Source: Anthoceros angustus (taxonomy: Eukaryota > Plantae > Anthocerotophyta). Taken from it: 64,000 bases of DNA. Under the pieces are notes generated by a model. It was given only the letters and a program-made list of their open reading frames with translations. It did no database searches and was not told the DNA's origin. Of this stretch, positions 47,431 through 60,694 are shown one piece after another. Each line of letters begins with the position of its first letter. The first letter of the stretch is position 1. The stretch spans positions 558,001 to 622,000 of the forward strand of contig MU008155.1 in NCBI GenBank assembly GCA_010909165.1, written 5' to 3'. Both the position numbers and the translations under genes were made by a program.

Positions 47431-49404
47431 ATGACGGCTGATATTATGCAACTCACATAGAATAGGAGGTTGGGGGAGGTGGTGGAGGGTGGAGGGCGGC
47501 GGGGGAATGGAGAGTTGACCACCCCCAATGACCATGGGGTGGAGCGAAGACGGGGTCCAGACGCAGTGGTGGCGATTCGAGCGAAAGGGCGCTGCAGGCG
47601 TCGCGTTCGAAGCGGGGCTCAAAAGCAGGCGTGGCCTCACCGCACCACCCGCGCTACTTGTGAGGTTGTGTGCCTCCTCCCTTGGTTTTGTGCACGCGCC
47701 TCCCCCTCTGCAGAGCCGTCCTCATGACAAACTCCTCCACCGTCCTTCCAATCTCTGACGTTCTCCTGCTTTTTGTCCTTATTTCTCTGCCCTTCCTCGT
47801 TGTGTCCCCTCCATCCAACCTTCCCTGTTTGCAGGGTTTCTGGATGAGGACTCGCAGGGGTGGCTACGAGTCACCTCCTCGTATCACAAGGGAAGATGTG
47901 GAGGCAAAACGAGCGCGAACGCGGAGGAGGGTGGAAGTCGCCCATCCAGGAGTTTTGTGGAGGCCATTTGGGTCTCCAGCTGTGCAGGCCTGGGCAGGGA
48001 AAGAAGGCATGGCTGTAGCCATCTCCTTCCATGCAGAGGGTGGCAGTTCACTGTTGGACTTTCCAGATGGTGCAGGGAGGGGTAGGCCAAAGCCAAGGGA
48101 GTTGGAAGAGGACTATAGGATTGCAAAGGAGGGGTTCCTGGAGGCGAAACGAAGGGTGCACCAACTCCAGCAGAGCGTCACAGAGCAAGCAGGGGTGAAG
48201 GAAGAGCCCCGTGAGGTTACAGCTGCCCGTGAGTCCATACAACAGCTTACGCGAATGAAGGTTGCTGTAGAGGAGGCTGCTGTCGCACTTGGAGCGGGGA
48301 GCTAGGTGGAAGTGAAGGAGGAGCCAGGTTTTCCACTTACCTTTGTTGCCTTTTCGCTTGAGCATTGAGCCTAGTTGTCGCTGTAGGTACTAATGGGCTG
48401 TTGCATATGGCAGAGACAGGCTGATGAGGACTCCCTTGGCAGAACTGGAGGAGCACTGTTGGTGCTTGGAGCGTGAAGTGGGATACTTTGTTTTTTTTGC
48501 ATCGCCTTCTGTAGCCTAGACGCGGGGGGCAGGAGGGGAAAGAGGAGGGGAGAGCGGGGGTTGGAGGGAGGCGGGGTAGTCAGCAATTTAGGATCGCCAT
48601 AGCTTGCATGAATACCCTTTCTCATGGCTTCAGTGGAGTCAGAATGGGGGACGGCATTCACATCCTTGTAGGTATGTCAAGTTTTAACGTCCGGTGTGGA
48701 AGCCATGGTCTGTCGCGAGGTTTGTAGCGGAAACGGGGGTTTGAGTTTGGGGAACACCTGATGCGTGAATGTTTTCTTCGTCATCGGATAGCCGGTGGCT
48801 ATGAGCCAACGATCAAGGTCACATGGCATGGACTGAAGGGGCGGTTATTTGTGAACTACATAATATCTGTTTTCCAATAATTTATTAGTGAGAAATGTAT
48901 ACAACAGCTGGTACTTTGTACCTTGGGGAGGTATATTTGAATAATATTATTCCATGTTTTTTACATGGATAACCCGAAGGCCCTGAGACGGTGAGCCCCC
49001 TAGTGATGCATTCTGTCCGATTGTGTAACATGACGGTCTGCGCTTTTCCATAGGCCAGTTTGTACAAGTAGCTTTGGTCGTAATGTCTCCCAAAAAGTGA
49101 CACACATTGAAATAAACCCTAAATAAATAAACTAGCTTGCAAGACAGAAATTTATAAGGATCCCTACTTTTTCTCCTCGAATGCCTCTTTTGTTTAACCA
49201 TGAGACATTGAGATGTGGAAATATTGCCAATAAAATTTTTGACGAAGAGGAATGGTTTTGGGTGTACTCTGCGTGGTATTTTTAGCACCCGTTTCCTAAA
49301 AACCCTCAAAATCAACGTTTCCATTTATCTTGACCGTAAATTTTGCTGATAAATTTGGCTGATAAATTTGGCCCGTCCTCTGAAAGTGGAGTGTGTCACT
49401 AGTC

Positions 49405-50460
49405 CTAAGGAGACCTTGTTAAAAGGGCTTCAGTGTGGCATACAACTTCCTCCAATTCCATGGGTGATAATCGATACACTGGACGGTCTGGGGACTTGAT
49501 GCTCGAGTAAGTCAACTCTATCTTATGATCCACAGCCCTACGAGGGAGAAGCCCTGGTGGCAACCCTTGAACAACTACATCTTGAAACTCCTGTAGCGGG
49601 GTCTGAACCTGACCTATTACTGAACTATTCACAAGACCTTTTTCATCTACAACATCCTCTCGAACCGAAGCTGAAAAAGCCACAACTTCATTACCCGTTG
49701 TTGGTGGTGCAGGCCCAACGGGCTCATGAGCAGCTAAAACACGCTGCTCTACCTGCATCTATCTCTCCTTCGAGGAAATATTAGGATTACGTTCCTCCAA
49801 GCACTCCATCCCCAAAATTACATCACAATTAGTTAGCAACGGAGTTATTGTGCAACGAATGTAATCCAGGAAGCGTCCTATCCTAAGAGGTACAATGTCA
49901 CTTACTCTGCGTTCCCGGGGCAGGCGACTGCTGCCCATTCGCGAAAGTGACAAACCCTGGTTGTTTCCCTATGTCCAGTCCGTACTTCAGGGCGAACTGT
50001 GTTGACATGAAATTATAACTCGCTCCACAGTCCACGAGGATGGCACAAACATGGCCATCCACACTCCCCGTGCACGTAAGAGATTCCGAACCCTTCTTCT
50101 TGGACGGGGGCTAGTCTCTAAATAGGCTATGGCCGCTTCCCCCTCAATGGCCATGCCTATATGTTTTCCGCCTTTGGGATCTCCACCCCTGCCACAGCCA
50201 CTACCTCATTCAACTGTGCTCCTCGCCGTGGTGGTATTGCCGCTTGTGGCCTTGCCTCTGGAGCCCTATTCCTAGCACGGGGCACACACTAGCTCTGTGC
50301 CCCCCTTCGTTACAATTAAAACATCGGCCCCGAAATTCTTGAATCCGCCCAAGCTCCATCATGGCACCGCCTTCGAACTAGAGCTCGAAGTCTGTCCTCC
50401 ACGTAGCCCTCGGTCCCATCCCTTATCCTGCATCGCACTGTAGTAAAGGGCATCTGTTCG
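49405..50460 (-). mobile_element. Ty3/Gypsy gag-protease fragment
   Basis: MELG, GRCFNCNEGGHRASVCP (CCHC), AILVDCGASYNFMS, CDVILGM and PRRAVDHKIEL..PVYRLSPMELEE. Confidence 0.88.
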
Positions 50461-50711
50461 TCCTCAGTTTGTTATCTGGACTGGATTGAGTTGAAATAAG
50501 GTGAATTGAATTGGATTCAACGACGGCAGACAAGGCAAGAGCCGCCGGCGCAGCTGGTTCCTCTCACCACCTGCTGAGGAACCACGTGATGCTTCTCACA
50601 GCGTTTGAGATGGTGCAGCTGTTCACAGGCGGCTAGGATGGCGAAGGTTTTGCACCAGTTGGTGCACGGACCGTTGTCGGTTGTCTTCTTAGCGCAGATG
50701 CCATTTACTAT

Positions 50712-53339
50712 GTGGCATCGATGGACATGGCTACTGTCATCTGCGCCAGTAGCCCAGTTGGTGCACTGGAGCTGGGATCTAGGTTCAGTCGACACGTCTT
50801 TCTGGACCGTACACTTTGGTGGGATCACAGGCAACATAAGAGGAGGTTCCCACTGCCTCACGTCCAGCAGAGGGGGCCCCATGAGTTTATGCGGCTAAAC
50901 ATGAGGGAGCCCCATGAGTTTATCTGGCTAAACAAGAGGCATAGGCCAGCTTGGGTGGATGTGCGCATGGCCGCTGCACATGTAGAAATGCAGATGGGTC
51001 TTCGTGCCCCTACATCCAACTGGAGTATGCTGGATGCTCCTGACCGTGCCAGGCCTGCAGGATATGAAATGGGCGTTATGCCCAAGACTGTTAGCAAACT
51101 CTGTGAGGAGGGCGGCCTCGCCCAGGCTGTTGAGGCTCTGGGAGTTCTGGTGCAGAAAGACTATCGTATCTCTCAGACTCTGTTGTATTCTGTCGTGAAG
51201 GAATGTGTGGCACAGAAGCATCTGGTTCTAGGTCGCCGTGTCCATGCTTTGACAGTGAAAGGGGGGTATGAGTGGGACACGTTTTTGTGCAACCACATCA
51301 TGCGAATGTATGCTTCTCAAGGCAGATTGCAAGACGCGATGGATGTCTTTGCGGCGATTGCCAAACCGAATGCCTTCACCTGGTCTGCCATACTGTATGC
51401 GCATGTTAAACAGGGACAAGATAAGAAGGCCGTAGAGTTGTATCATCGGATGCGTTGGACAGGTGTAAGTACAGATGCTCACGTGTTTGTGGCAGCTATC
51501 CAGGCTTGTGCAAGGGGAGCAGACTTGAAATCCGGGCAGCAGGTGCATGCTGATTTGTTGGCCAGTGGGATTCAGCCTGATTTGTTTGTTTGCAGCTGCT
51601 TGGTGGACATGTATGCAAAGTGTGGCAGCTTGGCGGAAGCTCAAAGAGTGTTTGACGGGCTTGATGAGAAGGATGTGGTGTCATGGAACGCTATGATAGC
51701 AGGGTATTCTCAGCAGGGGATGGGGGAGGAAGCTCTTCGTCTTTACGAGACCATGCAAAAAGAAGGCATGGTTGCATTGGATTCTGTCACATTTGTGTGC
51801 CTCTTGCAGGCATGTGCAAGTGTGGGGACCCTTGCTTTGGAGAAGGGGAGGGAGCTTCATGCACAAATTAGTGAAGGAGGACATCAAGCTGATATGTTTG
51901 TAGGCAGCAGTTTGGTCAACATGTATGCAAAGTGTGGCAGCTTGGAAGATGCTCAGGGCGTGTTTGATGACCTTCCTCAGAAAAATGTGGTTACGTGGAA
52001 TGCGATGATTGCAGGTTATTCCCAGCAGGGCATGGAGCAGGAAGCCCTTCGGCTTTACATGGCCATGCAAGAAGATGGTGTTGTTGCACCTGATTCTGTG
52101 ACATTTGTGTGCCTCTTGCAGGCATGTGCAAGTGTCGGCAAGCTGGCTCTGGAGAAGGGGAAGCAGCTTCACGCACAGATACGAGAACGAGGACTTCAAT
52201 CTGATGTGTGTGTAGCCAGCAGTTTGGTGAACATGTATGCAAAGTGTGAAAGACTAGAGGACGCTCGGGGTGTGTTTGATGCAGTCGGTGAGAAAAATGT
52301 GGTGATGTGGACTGCTATGATTGCAGGATATTCCCAGCAGGGAAAGGGGCAGGAAGCCCTTGGTCTTTACAGAGCTATGCAAGACGAAGGCATTGTTGCA
52401 CCGGATCCTGTGACATTTGTGTGCCTCCTGCAGGCATGTGCAGATGTGGCAGCTTTGCAACTGGGAAGGCAGCTTCATGCACAGATCAAGCAAGAAGGGC
52501 TTCAAGGTCATGGGCTTGTAGCTTGCAGTTTGATAAATATGTATGGGAAGTCTGGGAGCATGGTTGATGCACAGCAGGTGTTTGCAGCGCTGCCAGAAAG
52601 AGACGATGCTGCCTGGAATGCTCTGATTGCAGGCTACACTCGTCAAGGAGACAGTGAAGTGGTATTCCGCTTGTTTCACAGTATGAGAGAGGGTAGCGTG
52701 CAGCCAAACGGTATCACATTCCTCAGTGTGCTTACAGTATGCAGTCATGCTGGTCTAGTGAACAAGGGGCAACTGTACTTGCATGCTATGAGCAGACAGT
52801 ATGGCATCATTCCCACTGCCGAGCACTACACTTGTATCGTGGATCTCCTGGGTCGTGCCGGTCAACTGGACGAGGCACTATCTGTAATAAGGACCATGCC
52901 TGTGCCGCCCGATGTTGCAGTTTGGCACACTCTATTGGGTGCTTGTCGGAAGTGGAGCAATGTCGAAATAGGACTCTTTGCTTTTGACGAGGCACTGAAG
53001 CTAGATAGGAAAGATGCCGCTGCATATGTTTTGATGTCAAATGTATACAGTGGTGCCCAAATGTGGGAGCAGGCTCATGAGATACAGACGAGGAGAGAAG
53101 GAATCCGAGCATGGAAGCAGGCAGGCCAGAGTTGGTGGACAGATATGGATGGACTGGTGCATACCTTCTTGGTTGGTGATACGAAGCATCCAGAGAGTGA
53201 ACGTATATTTACAAGGCTTGAACAGCTTATTACCAGACTGAACGAAGATGGGTATGTGCCAGATGTAAACCTGTCGCACGGAAACATATCTGATCAAAAT
53301 GAGAAGCTCGCTGTTACCATGTTGGCGGTCGACATTTGA
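50712..53339 (+). CDS. PLS-class PPR protein (organellar RNA-editing factor type) with E1/E2 and truncated DYW:WW domain, 875 aa, intronless
   Basis: Repeated P-L-S triplets (LVNMYAKCGSLEDA; NVVTWNAMIAGYSQQG; PDSVTFVCLLQACA). HYTCIVDLLGRAG, WHTLLGACR, WKQAGQSWW, HTFLVGDTKHP, GYVPD and EKLA. Confidence 0.93.
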   Translation: MASMDMATVICASSPVGALELGSRFSRHVFLDRTLWWDHRQHKRRFPLPHVQQRGPHEFMRLNMREPHEFIWLNKRHRPAWVDVRMAAAHVEMQMGLRAPTSNWSMLDAPDRARPAGYEMGVMPKTVSKLCEEGGLAQAVEALGVLVQKDYRISQTLLYSVVKECVAQKHLVLGRRVHALTVKGGYEWDTFLCNHIMRMYASQGRLQDAMDVFAAIAKPNAFTWSAILYAHVKQGQDKKAVELYHRMRWTGVSTDAHVFVAAIQACARGADLKSGQQVHADLLASGIQPDLFVCSCLVDMYAKCGSLAEAQRVFDGLDEKDVVSWNAMIAGYSQQGMGEEALRLYETMQKEGMVALDSVTFVCLLQACASVGTLALEKGRELHAQISEGGHQADMFVGSSLVNMYAKCGSLEDAQGVFDDLPQKNVVTWNAMIAGYSQQGMEQEALRLYMAMQEDGVVAPDSVTFVCLLQACASVGKLALEKGKQLHAQIRERGLQSDVCVASSLVNMYAKCERLEDARGVFDAVGEKNVVMWTAMIAGYSQQGKGQEALGLYRAMQDEGIVAPDPVTFVCLLQACADVAALQLGRQLHAQIKQEGLQGHGLVACSLINMYGKSGSMVDAQQVFAALPERDDAAWNALIAGYTRQGDSEVVFRLFHSMREGSVQPNGITFLSVLTVCSHAGLVNKGQLYLHAMSRQYGIIPTAEHYTCIVDLLGRAGQLDEALSVIRTMPVPPDVAVWHTLLGACRKWSNVEIGLFAFDEALKLDRKDAAAYVLMSNVYSGAQMWEQAHEIQTRREGIRAWKQAGQSWWTDMDGLVHTFLVGDTKHPESERIFTRLEQLITRLNEDGYVPDVNLSHGNISDQNEKLAVTMLAVDI

Positions 53340-53520
53340 AAGCAGAATTCAACAAGCTCATGCTTCATGTACTTCAAACTATGTCGTTGGTGCCAAAAAT
53401 CAATGGACTGGGAAAAAGGGTACAATGGTTTTGACTCCTCCTGGTCCTGGGCAACTACTAAATGTGCACCGTGTGCACCACTTTCTTAATGGCTCATGTT
53501 CATGTCGGGATTGGCCATGA
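53299..53520 (+). other. Out-of-frame remnant of the DYW C-terminus
   Basis: HRVHHFLNGSCSCRDWP-stop matches the RFHHFxxGxCSCxDYW consensus. Confidence 0.75.
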
Positions 53521-54857
53521 CCACGAGGGAGAGAAGAACAACTGCAAGGGGTTGGAACTCCTGTCAGCCTCCCTGCAGCCTTTCTCAAGCTTCTGAGCAA
53601 GCTGTACAGGGGTGCTTCTTCTTGGTGCCTGTGGTCTCTAACAAAAAATGTGCGCACCTCATGTTGGAGCTCAATCCTACTCTGCGAATCTTCTGTGAGT
53701 AACTTGGTGCAACATGGAAAATTTGATTAAGAAACAGGACCTCTACAGTTAGAGACAGCCGAAATTGCTATGGAAACAGTTTTATAAGCCATCACGCCGA
53801 CATGTGACAGTCTCCAGATCGATGATCGATGCAGGGCTAAATTCAGGATGAGGACAATTCAGATATTCGACAACATGACAAACCTGAGTTTACAGACCTC
53901 GGTCCACTGCCTGCGTGGTCTGTATCTTGAACAGGCAAAGTCATGACTCGTGGAGACTTGTCTTTTGTAGCCCGCCCAACGAGCGGGGCATCTGTCGGCA
54001 AAAAGCAGCCGGTCATGGCATGAACTCACACCGGAATCTTTCCAGTCTGATCAGGTGGACTAAGTCTCCGAAGCCTTTCTCATTTTGCCGTCCAGATTTG
54101 AGGCACAGTTGCATTGTCTTCACGACGGCAGACATGGCCAGGAGGATTGCATTTCTCACCACCTTGTGTCTCCTGCCTGCGTTGAGCGCTTCCAAAGGAG
54201 TTTGCGGCTTGGAGTGCCACGTTTCCAGGCTCGCCTCATTCCCTGTCATTAAGGTTGTGGGAAACGCCCTTAGAGAGCATCACTTATGGTGTGCAAACTC
54301 TGTTTGCATTGCAGGTATCGGCAGAAAAGTCCTGGCACGACATTAAGAGGCACGCGATTCCTTCCAGCCCTTACGCCCTAGGTTTTAGGAAAGGCCTGTG
54401 GTATCCTAGGTTTATCTGGAAGAGACCGATTTTCCTGGAGTGGAAGCCGTGTTTTCTGTTGTCAGCTCCCTCATTGGCACAAGAGCGGATCAGGTTTACA
54501 ATGCGATTCTTATTCTATAAAAGAGAGGTATTAAATAGTGGCAATTCGGAACCAGCTGGACCGATTAGTGTCCCCTTGTCAGCAAGTTGCCTCCTACCTA
54601 CCAGAACGCGGCCTACAGGTTTCCCCTCCCAGGCATTCCCCCTTGGCAGACACAGTCACATGAAAGAGTGCGCTCATAGTAGAGACTGAGGAATCAATGT
54701 GACCCTAGCGTTGTGTGAGCAAAATGTTTGGTCTTCCTTGTGCTTGCCCGTCAGAAACTGCCAGGACACAAGAGACTAAGGCACAAAAGAAGCAAACTAG
54801 CTTCCATTCTCGCTCAACCGGGGCGCCGGACGACTCCTGCACATGAACCATTCAGTT

Positions 54858-54989
54858 TGGGTGCCTGGTAAAGTGTCTCAAAACCTAGTTCGATCTGTCT
54901 GGGTCCCTGATACCGTGTCCCAGTGGGTGCCTGGTAAAGTGTCTCAATACCTAGTTCGATCTGTCTGGGTCCCTGATACCGTGTCCCAG
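54858..54989 (+). repeat. 66-bp tandem duplication
   Basis: TGGGTGCCTGGTAAAGTGTCTCAA.ACCTAGTTCGATCTGTCTGGGTCCCTGATACCGTGTCCCAG x2. Confidence 0.92.
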
Positions 54990-57283
54990 TCCCTAGCTGG
55001 GAGAAAAAAAGAAGATCCGTCAGAGCGCTGGCTGACCGTCAACCCCTGGCGGAATGGGCCGGGGGGACGTTCATCTGGCGCAGATCGGACCTCCCGAGAG
55101 AGGTCCCACTGCGCGGTAATCGCGCTCAGGTCAGCCAGCCTCACCTCATCCTCCGGATTGTGAGGTTTGTCTGAGTTAGGAAACACAGACCAGATGTACG
55201 AACTATAGAACAGATCCTGTTCAAGTATAGTCGTGCTGAACAACGCCGACAGAAAGGTATATTTAGTCATGCTCATAGTCTTGTACAAACAATATGGGTT
55301 ATATCTACGTTTTTTCTTTCAAGGCTGAAGAAGAGGAAGAAGAAAGGGTTCCCTAGTACTGCCGGAGGAATACATAACTCACCTACTTTCCAGCTTCAGA
55401 GCTACTTCTCGTCCAGCTGGGGGAGCCTCGTCTTCTTCGGTCTCATCTCCGAACAGATCCCTCCTTCGGTCTGACCTCCGACAGGTAACATTTAATGCCT
55501 CTTAAAATTATGCCCTCCTCAAATACGCGTGCTAACGATCACAATCTTCTGAATCAGTGGATGGCCGGGCACTCTTGCAACAAAATGCACTCCCAAAGCA
55601 GCCCTCCGAGTCTGTGTGCAGTACTGGCTTCTTCCACAGCCTCTTTGGTGGGACGTCTCCCGCACCTCTGTAGTAGTCTGCTGTCTGACCACTGTCCTCC
55701 ACTGGGAAGCAACTGCCACCGTGAAAAGCTCTGCCCTGCTCCTTCAGCTGCTTTTCCAAGTGTGACCTGGTGCTGGTTTAGTTACCAGGAGCAGAACGTC
55801 TTCTGCCTGACATGGGCTGTCATCCAATGCTCCTTGAAGCTGGTATCAGCGGGTATACAGGCACGGATTGCGCTTGGCTAGGGATTCTGAATTGTCAACC
55901 TGAGTAGATATTCTCACCTTCATGACACAACACCGGTCTCGTCAAATGCTTAGGTGTGGGATGGAGCTCTTAGGGCCTTACTCCCCTGGGCCGATGAGCT
56001 CCCCCCAAACCTTGACTCCGCTGTTGGTCCTCGAATTACACCCGTAGTGCATTGAGCATTCCACCCTTCCCTCCCTTCCCTTCCTGCACTTCCGTCCTCA
56101 GATCATTCAGACTCTCCATCATGCTATCCAACATTCCAACACAGAGCATCCTGAGGAATCCCTCACCAGACTGCGGCAACCGGAACTGCTTTCCGCCTCT
56201 CCTTCACTACAGGAGTCCGGGCTGCAACTGCCGCACTCAGACTGTCAGAGATGGTTGCACTCACGTCCGTCCAGGCTGGTGTTGGCCTCCAGCTTTCACA
56301 CACTTCCTCAAATTGGGAAGTCTCCCTGGAGTCAGCTGCGGTACCGGTGGTCCACATGATTGACGGGGTAAGGCTGTGAGGCATGGTCATCCTATTCTTG
56401 CTTGACTCAAATTCCAGATAGTAAAGAAGTGCCTAGGCCCATGAATTTGTCTCCGTTAATATTGCTCGGAAAAAGGGCTGCTGCAAGAAGAGTCCTTGTT
56501 GTCCTCCCAGCGACGTCACCTGCATGATCTGCACCAGGAGTTCTTGAGCTGTCAGTATCCATATCCTCCGCATCCGCATCCTATCCTCATGCATTTTGCG
56601 TTTGATGTGAATGGGAAATATGCTCACCTTCATGCTGTCTCGGAGCTTTGAAATCGATATTACGCTTTGAAATCGATACAACGTTGGTCTCTAGCTTTAC
56701 CTACAATGCTACATATCATACAGCCGAGTCATGAGCCTCACGCTTGCAGGTTAGCTACAATGCTTCCCAGGTTATGCATGTAGATTTTCATTCATAACTG
56801 CAAATTTGTGTTGCATGATTCAATCAGTGATTCAACTTTTCAAGAAATCATATTTTACCCACCAACTACATAGATATATGTAGATATCTACGTCTTGAGA
56901 TTCGTATGCTGGGCTAAGTATTTCGGAATGATCCACAAGACGACGATCTTGATCCGTACCACTGCCTCAGCGCCTTCCTGGTGTGTTTCGTGAAGAGAGG
57001 AAGGTAACCCTAAACGTCCAAGGGTGTCGAATCGAGACAGTGGACCATTTTTTCCTATCGTAATTAATGTTAGAATTAATACCACACTAGCCCTTAAGAA
57101 GGCACGGTTCGTAATTATCATTAAGTAAGCGTAAGTATCTAGATACGAATAGGTATTTGGGTGAACCGACACATAGACGGTTACAATCACAATGCTTCGG
57201 CATATCCTCAATGTAATGAGCACACTGCTCACAGATGTAATTCTAATCCATCTACGATTGTCAAAATTCCAGGGACCGTAACA

Positions 57284-57295
57284 TGGTATCAGAGC
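57284..57295 (+). other. PBS complementary to initiator tRNA-Met
   Basis: TGGTATCAGAGC immediately after ...GTAACA. Confidence 0.9.
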
Positions 57296-57429
57296 AAGCA
57301 CGTACATTCCCATGCCTAGCCAACGGCGTAGGGAGCGCCTCCAACGGCGCGCTGCTAGGCAAGCAGATCTGCAAGAGTGGCAAAGAAACAATCGTGAGAA
57401 TTCATACCTCAAGGAGGCAGGAGAAAACT

Positions 57430-58206
57430 TATTTTACAGTACCCGCATATAGGCTTCCACGAGGGGTTATATGTACCTCTTCCACGGCTGGGGAAGGAAC
57501 CGCCTCGGCCTCTAAAACTCCTCTGGGTTGCCTCAAGATGCCTCTTCCACTGGCCTCTATGTTTGCCTCTTGAAGTGAAGGCTGGAGGAGGCTTGCCGCT
57601 AAGCGCCATGGGCGAATACTTTTCGTCGTCCTTCCTCGGTAAGCATTGCGCTGAGCACTTTGTTGACTGTTAATGGTTGGATGCCTTGGAGGCTTTGTAC
57701 TCAGCTAATCCATGATTCGGGTAGTGTAGATAGCGAGATTTTTGCGAAGTTCTTGAAATATTAAATCCTAGAGCTTGGAATTTGGTATCCGTGCGGAAGA
57801 CCATGGCATGGTGATCTACGTGATCGCCCTCGCCATCCGCAATCAAGGTAACTTTCTTGGTGTGAATTGTGTGCATGATATCGCCGGCATCGTAGATCTC
57901 GTGGAGTTGTTTCCACGCTTCAGCTGCTGTGGCTGTCCCTTCTAGTTGCTGAACGTTTCCTTGCTTCATGCTTTGCATGAGGACGTTTCGCGCTTGCTGA
58001 TTTTTGTCCTTCCACTCATCTTTTTCTTCCTGTGTTCCATTGGCAGGGAGTGGGATGGGGATTGCTGGGGTTCCAACCCCTCCGACGTAGCCCCAAAGCT
58101 TATGTTCTTTGAGTATATTTGTAATACGAAATTTCCAGACAGGGAAGTTATGTTGTTGTCTATCGAACTTATCCTCTTTGGACACCAGGAGGTGAGAGGT
58201 GGACAT
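57430..58206 (-). pseudogene. Copia gag (inverted; partial duplicate at 59273-59655)
   Basis: NFPVWKFRITNILKEHKLWGYV, EWKDKNQQA, TAAEAWKQL and RGRG..ICGYC. Confidence 0.85.
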
Positions 58207-60694
58207 TGTAATGTGTTTTTATTGGTGGACTGTTTAAAGGCTAAGAATTGTGCTCCTAAGGAGGGAATTTGTGTGTATTTGGAGAGTGACTACAATTTTG
58301 GAGTTTTTGCAGGTGTTAGAGTTAGATTCTATATGTGCTTCTAGGTCTTGTAAATTCTGAATTATCTTATTTTGGAATTCCTCAATTTCTGATTGTGGAG
58401 GGAGGATGTACAGGCTATCTGCAGAGCCAGGCACTATTAGAAGGCTATGCTGTCTACATAGGTTTTGTAGGCTGGTGATTAATGTTTCTCTTATTTGTGC
58501 TGGGTTGAGTGGTGTGTGAACGTCAACCGTAGTGGTAAATTGCCTTATCATTGTGGGTTTGGTGTCTGTTCTACGAACAGGAAGGAGAAATCTACATACG
58601 CCCAATCATATTCTTGTGGATTTCATAGAAATCTACATAGAAATCTACATAGAAATCTACATAGAAATCTACATAGAAATCTACATATTCTACGTTGTGG
58701 GAAGGAGAAATCTACATCGATCATATTCTACGTTCTTCTCCTATGATTAGGAGCACGGAGCAGTTCGAATCCATGCATAAACCATACATCGATGAATGCC
58801 GCAAAAGATTAGGCATAAATAATCCCCGCCGACAAGACCATTCTGGCCAACTGGCTCTCACAATGCAAAGGCACTCTAATGCTTTCACAACCCACACAAG
58901 CTATGCACCCTCACCTAGCAATCAGCCCTCAGCCTTAGTTGCATCTTGACTATCTGCTCAAGCGGCACATACCTGGTACATGGACTCCGGGGCATCTCAG
59001 CATATGACCCCCCACAAGGAGTACTTCACAGCCATTACACCTGCAGCCCCACCACATTTCGTCAGCCTAGGTGATGACTCTAAGCACACTATAACAGGCT
59101 ACGGCTCAGTAGACTTACACGTCCAACCTCATTCAACACTTGATTCCAGGCGTTACGCTAGTACCGGGACTTACCAAAACATTCTCGATCAAGTAGGTAG
59201 ACCAAGCAGGTTGCTACGTCTGCTTCGGGGATGGCCACTGTGTCATAGAGACTCCTCAAAGGCGATCTAAATGCATGGTGATCTCGTGATCGCCTCGCCA
59301 TCCGCAATCCAAGGTAACTTTTAATGGTGTGAATTGTGTGCATGATATCGCGCAGTAGATCTCGTGGAGTTGTTTCCGCTTCGCTGTCATCCCTTCTAGT
59401 TCTTGAGCGTTTCCTTGCTTCATGCTTTGCATGAGGACGTTTCAACTTGCTGATTTTGTCCTTCCACTCATCTTTTCTTCCTGTGTTCCATTGGCGGGGA
59501 GTGGGATGGGATTCTTTGAGTTCCAACCCTCCGACGTAGCCCCAAAGCTTATGTTCTTTGAGTATATTTGTAATACGAAATTTCCAGACAGGGAAGTTAT
59601 GTTGTTGTCTATCGAACTTATCCTCTTTGGACACCAGGAGGTGAGAGGTGGACATTGTAATGTGTTTTTATTGGTGGACTGTTTAAAGGCTAAGAATTGT
59701 GCTCCTAAGGAGGGAATTTGTGTGTATTTGGAGAGTGACTACAATTTTGGAGTTTTTGCAGGTGTTAGAGTTAGATTCTATATGTGCTTCTAGGTCTTGT
59801 AAATTAATTATCTTATTTTGGAATTCCTCAATTTATTGTGGAGGGAGGATGTACAGCTATCTGCGAGCGGGCACTATTAGAAGGCTATCTCTCACATAGG
59901 TTTTGTAGGCTGGTGATTAATGTTTCTCTTATTTGTCTTTGGGTTGAGTGGTGTGTGACGTCAACCGTAGTGGTAAATTGCCTTATCATTGTGGGTTTGG
60001 TGTCTGTTCTACGAACAGGAAGGAGAAATCTACATACGCCCAATCATATTCTTGTGGATTTCATAGAAATCTACATAGAAATCTACATAGAAATCTACAT
60101 AGAAATCTACATAGAAATCTACATATTCTACGTTGTGGGAAGGAGAAATCTACATACGCCCAGTCATATTCTACGTTCTTCTCCTATGATTAGGAGCACG
60201 GAACAGGTTCGAATCCATGCATAAACCATACATACGATGAATGCCGCAAAAGATTAGGCATAAATAATCCCCGCCGACAAGACCATTCTGGCCAACTGGC
60301 TCTCACAATGCAAAGGCACTCTAATGCTTTCACAACCCACACAAGCTATGCACCCTCACCTAGCAATCAGCCCTCATTAGTTGCATCTTGACTATCTGCG
60401 GCACATACAGTACATGGACTCGGGGCATCTCAAGATATGACCCCCACAAGGAGTACTTCACGACCATTACACCAGCCCCACCACATTTCGTCGGCCCTAG
60501 GTGATGACTCTAAGCACACCTTTCTCCTCGGTAGACTTACACGTCCAACCTCATTCAACACTTCAGATTTCCGACGTTCTGCTAGTACCAGGACTTACCA
60601 AAAACCTGTTCTCAGTCCGTAAGGTAGACCAAGCAGGTTGCTACGTCTGCTTCGGGGATGGCCACTGTGTCATAGAGACTCCTCAAGGCGATCT
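57806..60694. repeat. ~1.45-kb tandem duplication spanning the inversion junction
   Basis: 57806-59268 repeats at 59273-60694. Confidence 0.88.
58625..58686. repeat. 12-bp tandem repeat in the Copia leader (also ~60063-60125)
   Basis: ATAGAAATCTAC x5. Confidence 0.9.

Noticed and set aside
53700-56650. Possible LINE ORF1 or other decayed gene
   Set aside because: Coding-like fragments are present, but I could not identify any diagnostic motif.
60204-60216. CAGGTTCGAATCC tRNA T-loop/B-box motif
   Set aside because: No cloverleaf or A-box. It lies at the Copia inversion junction and differs in the duplicate near 58760.
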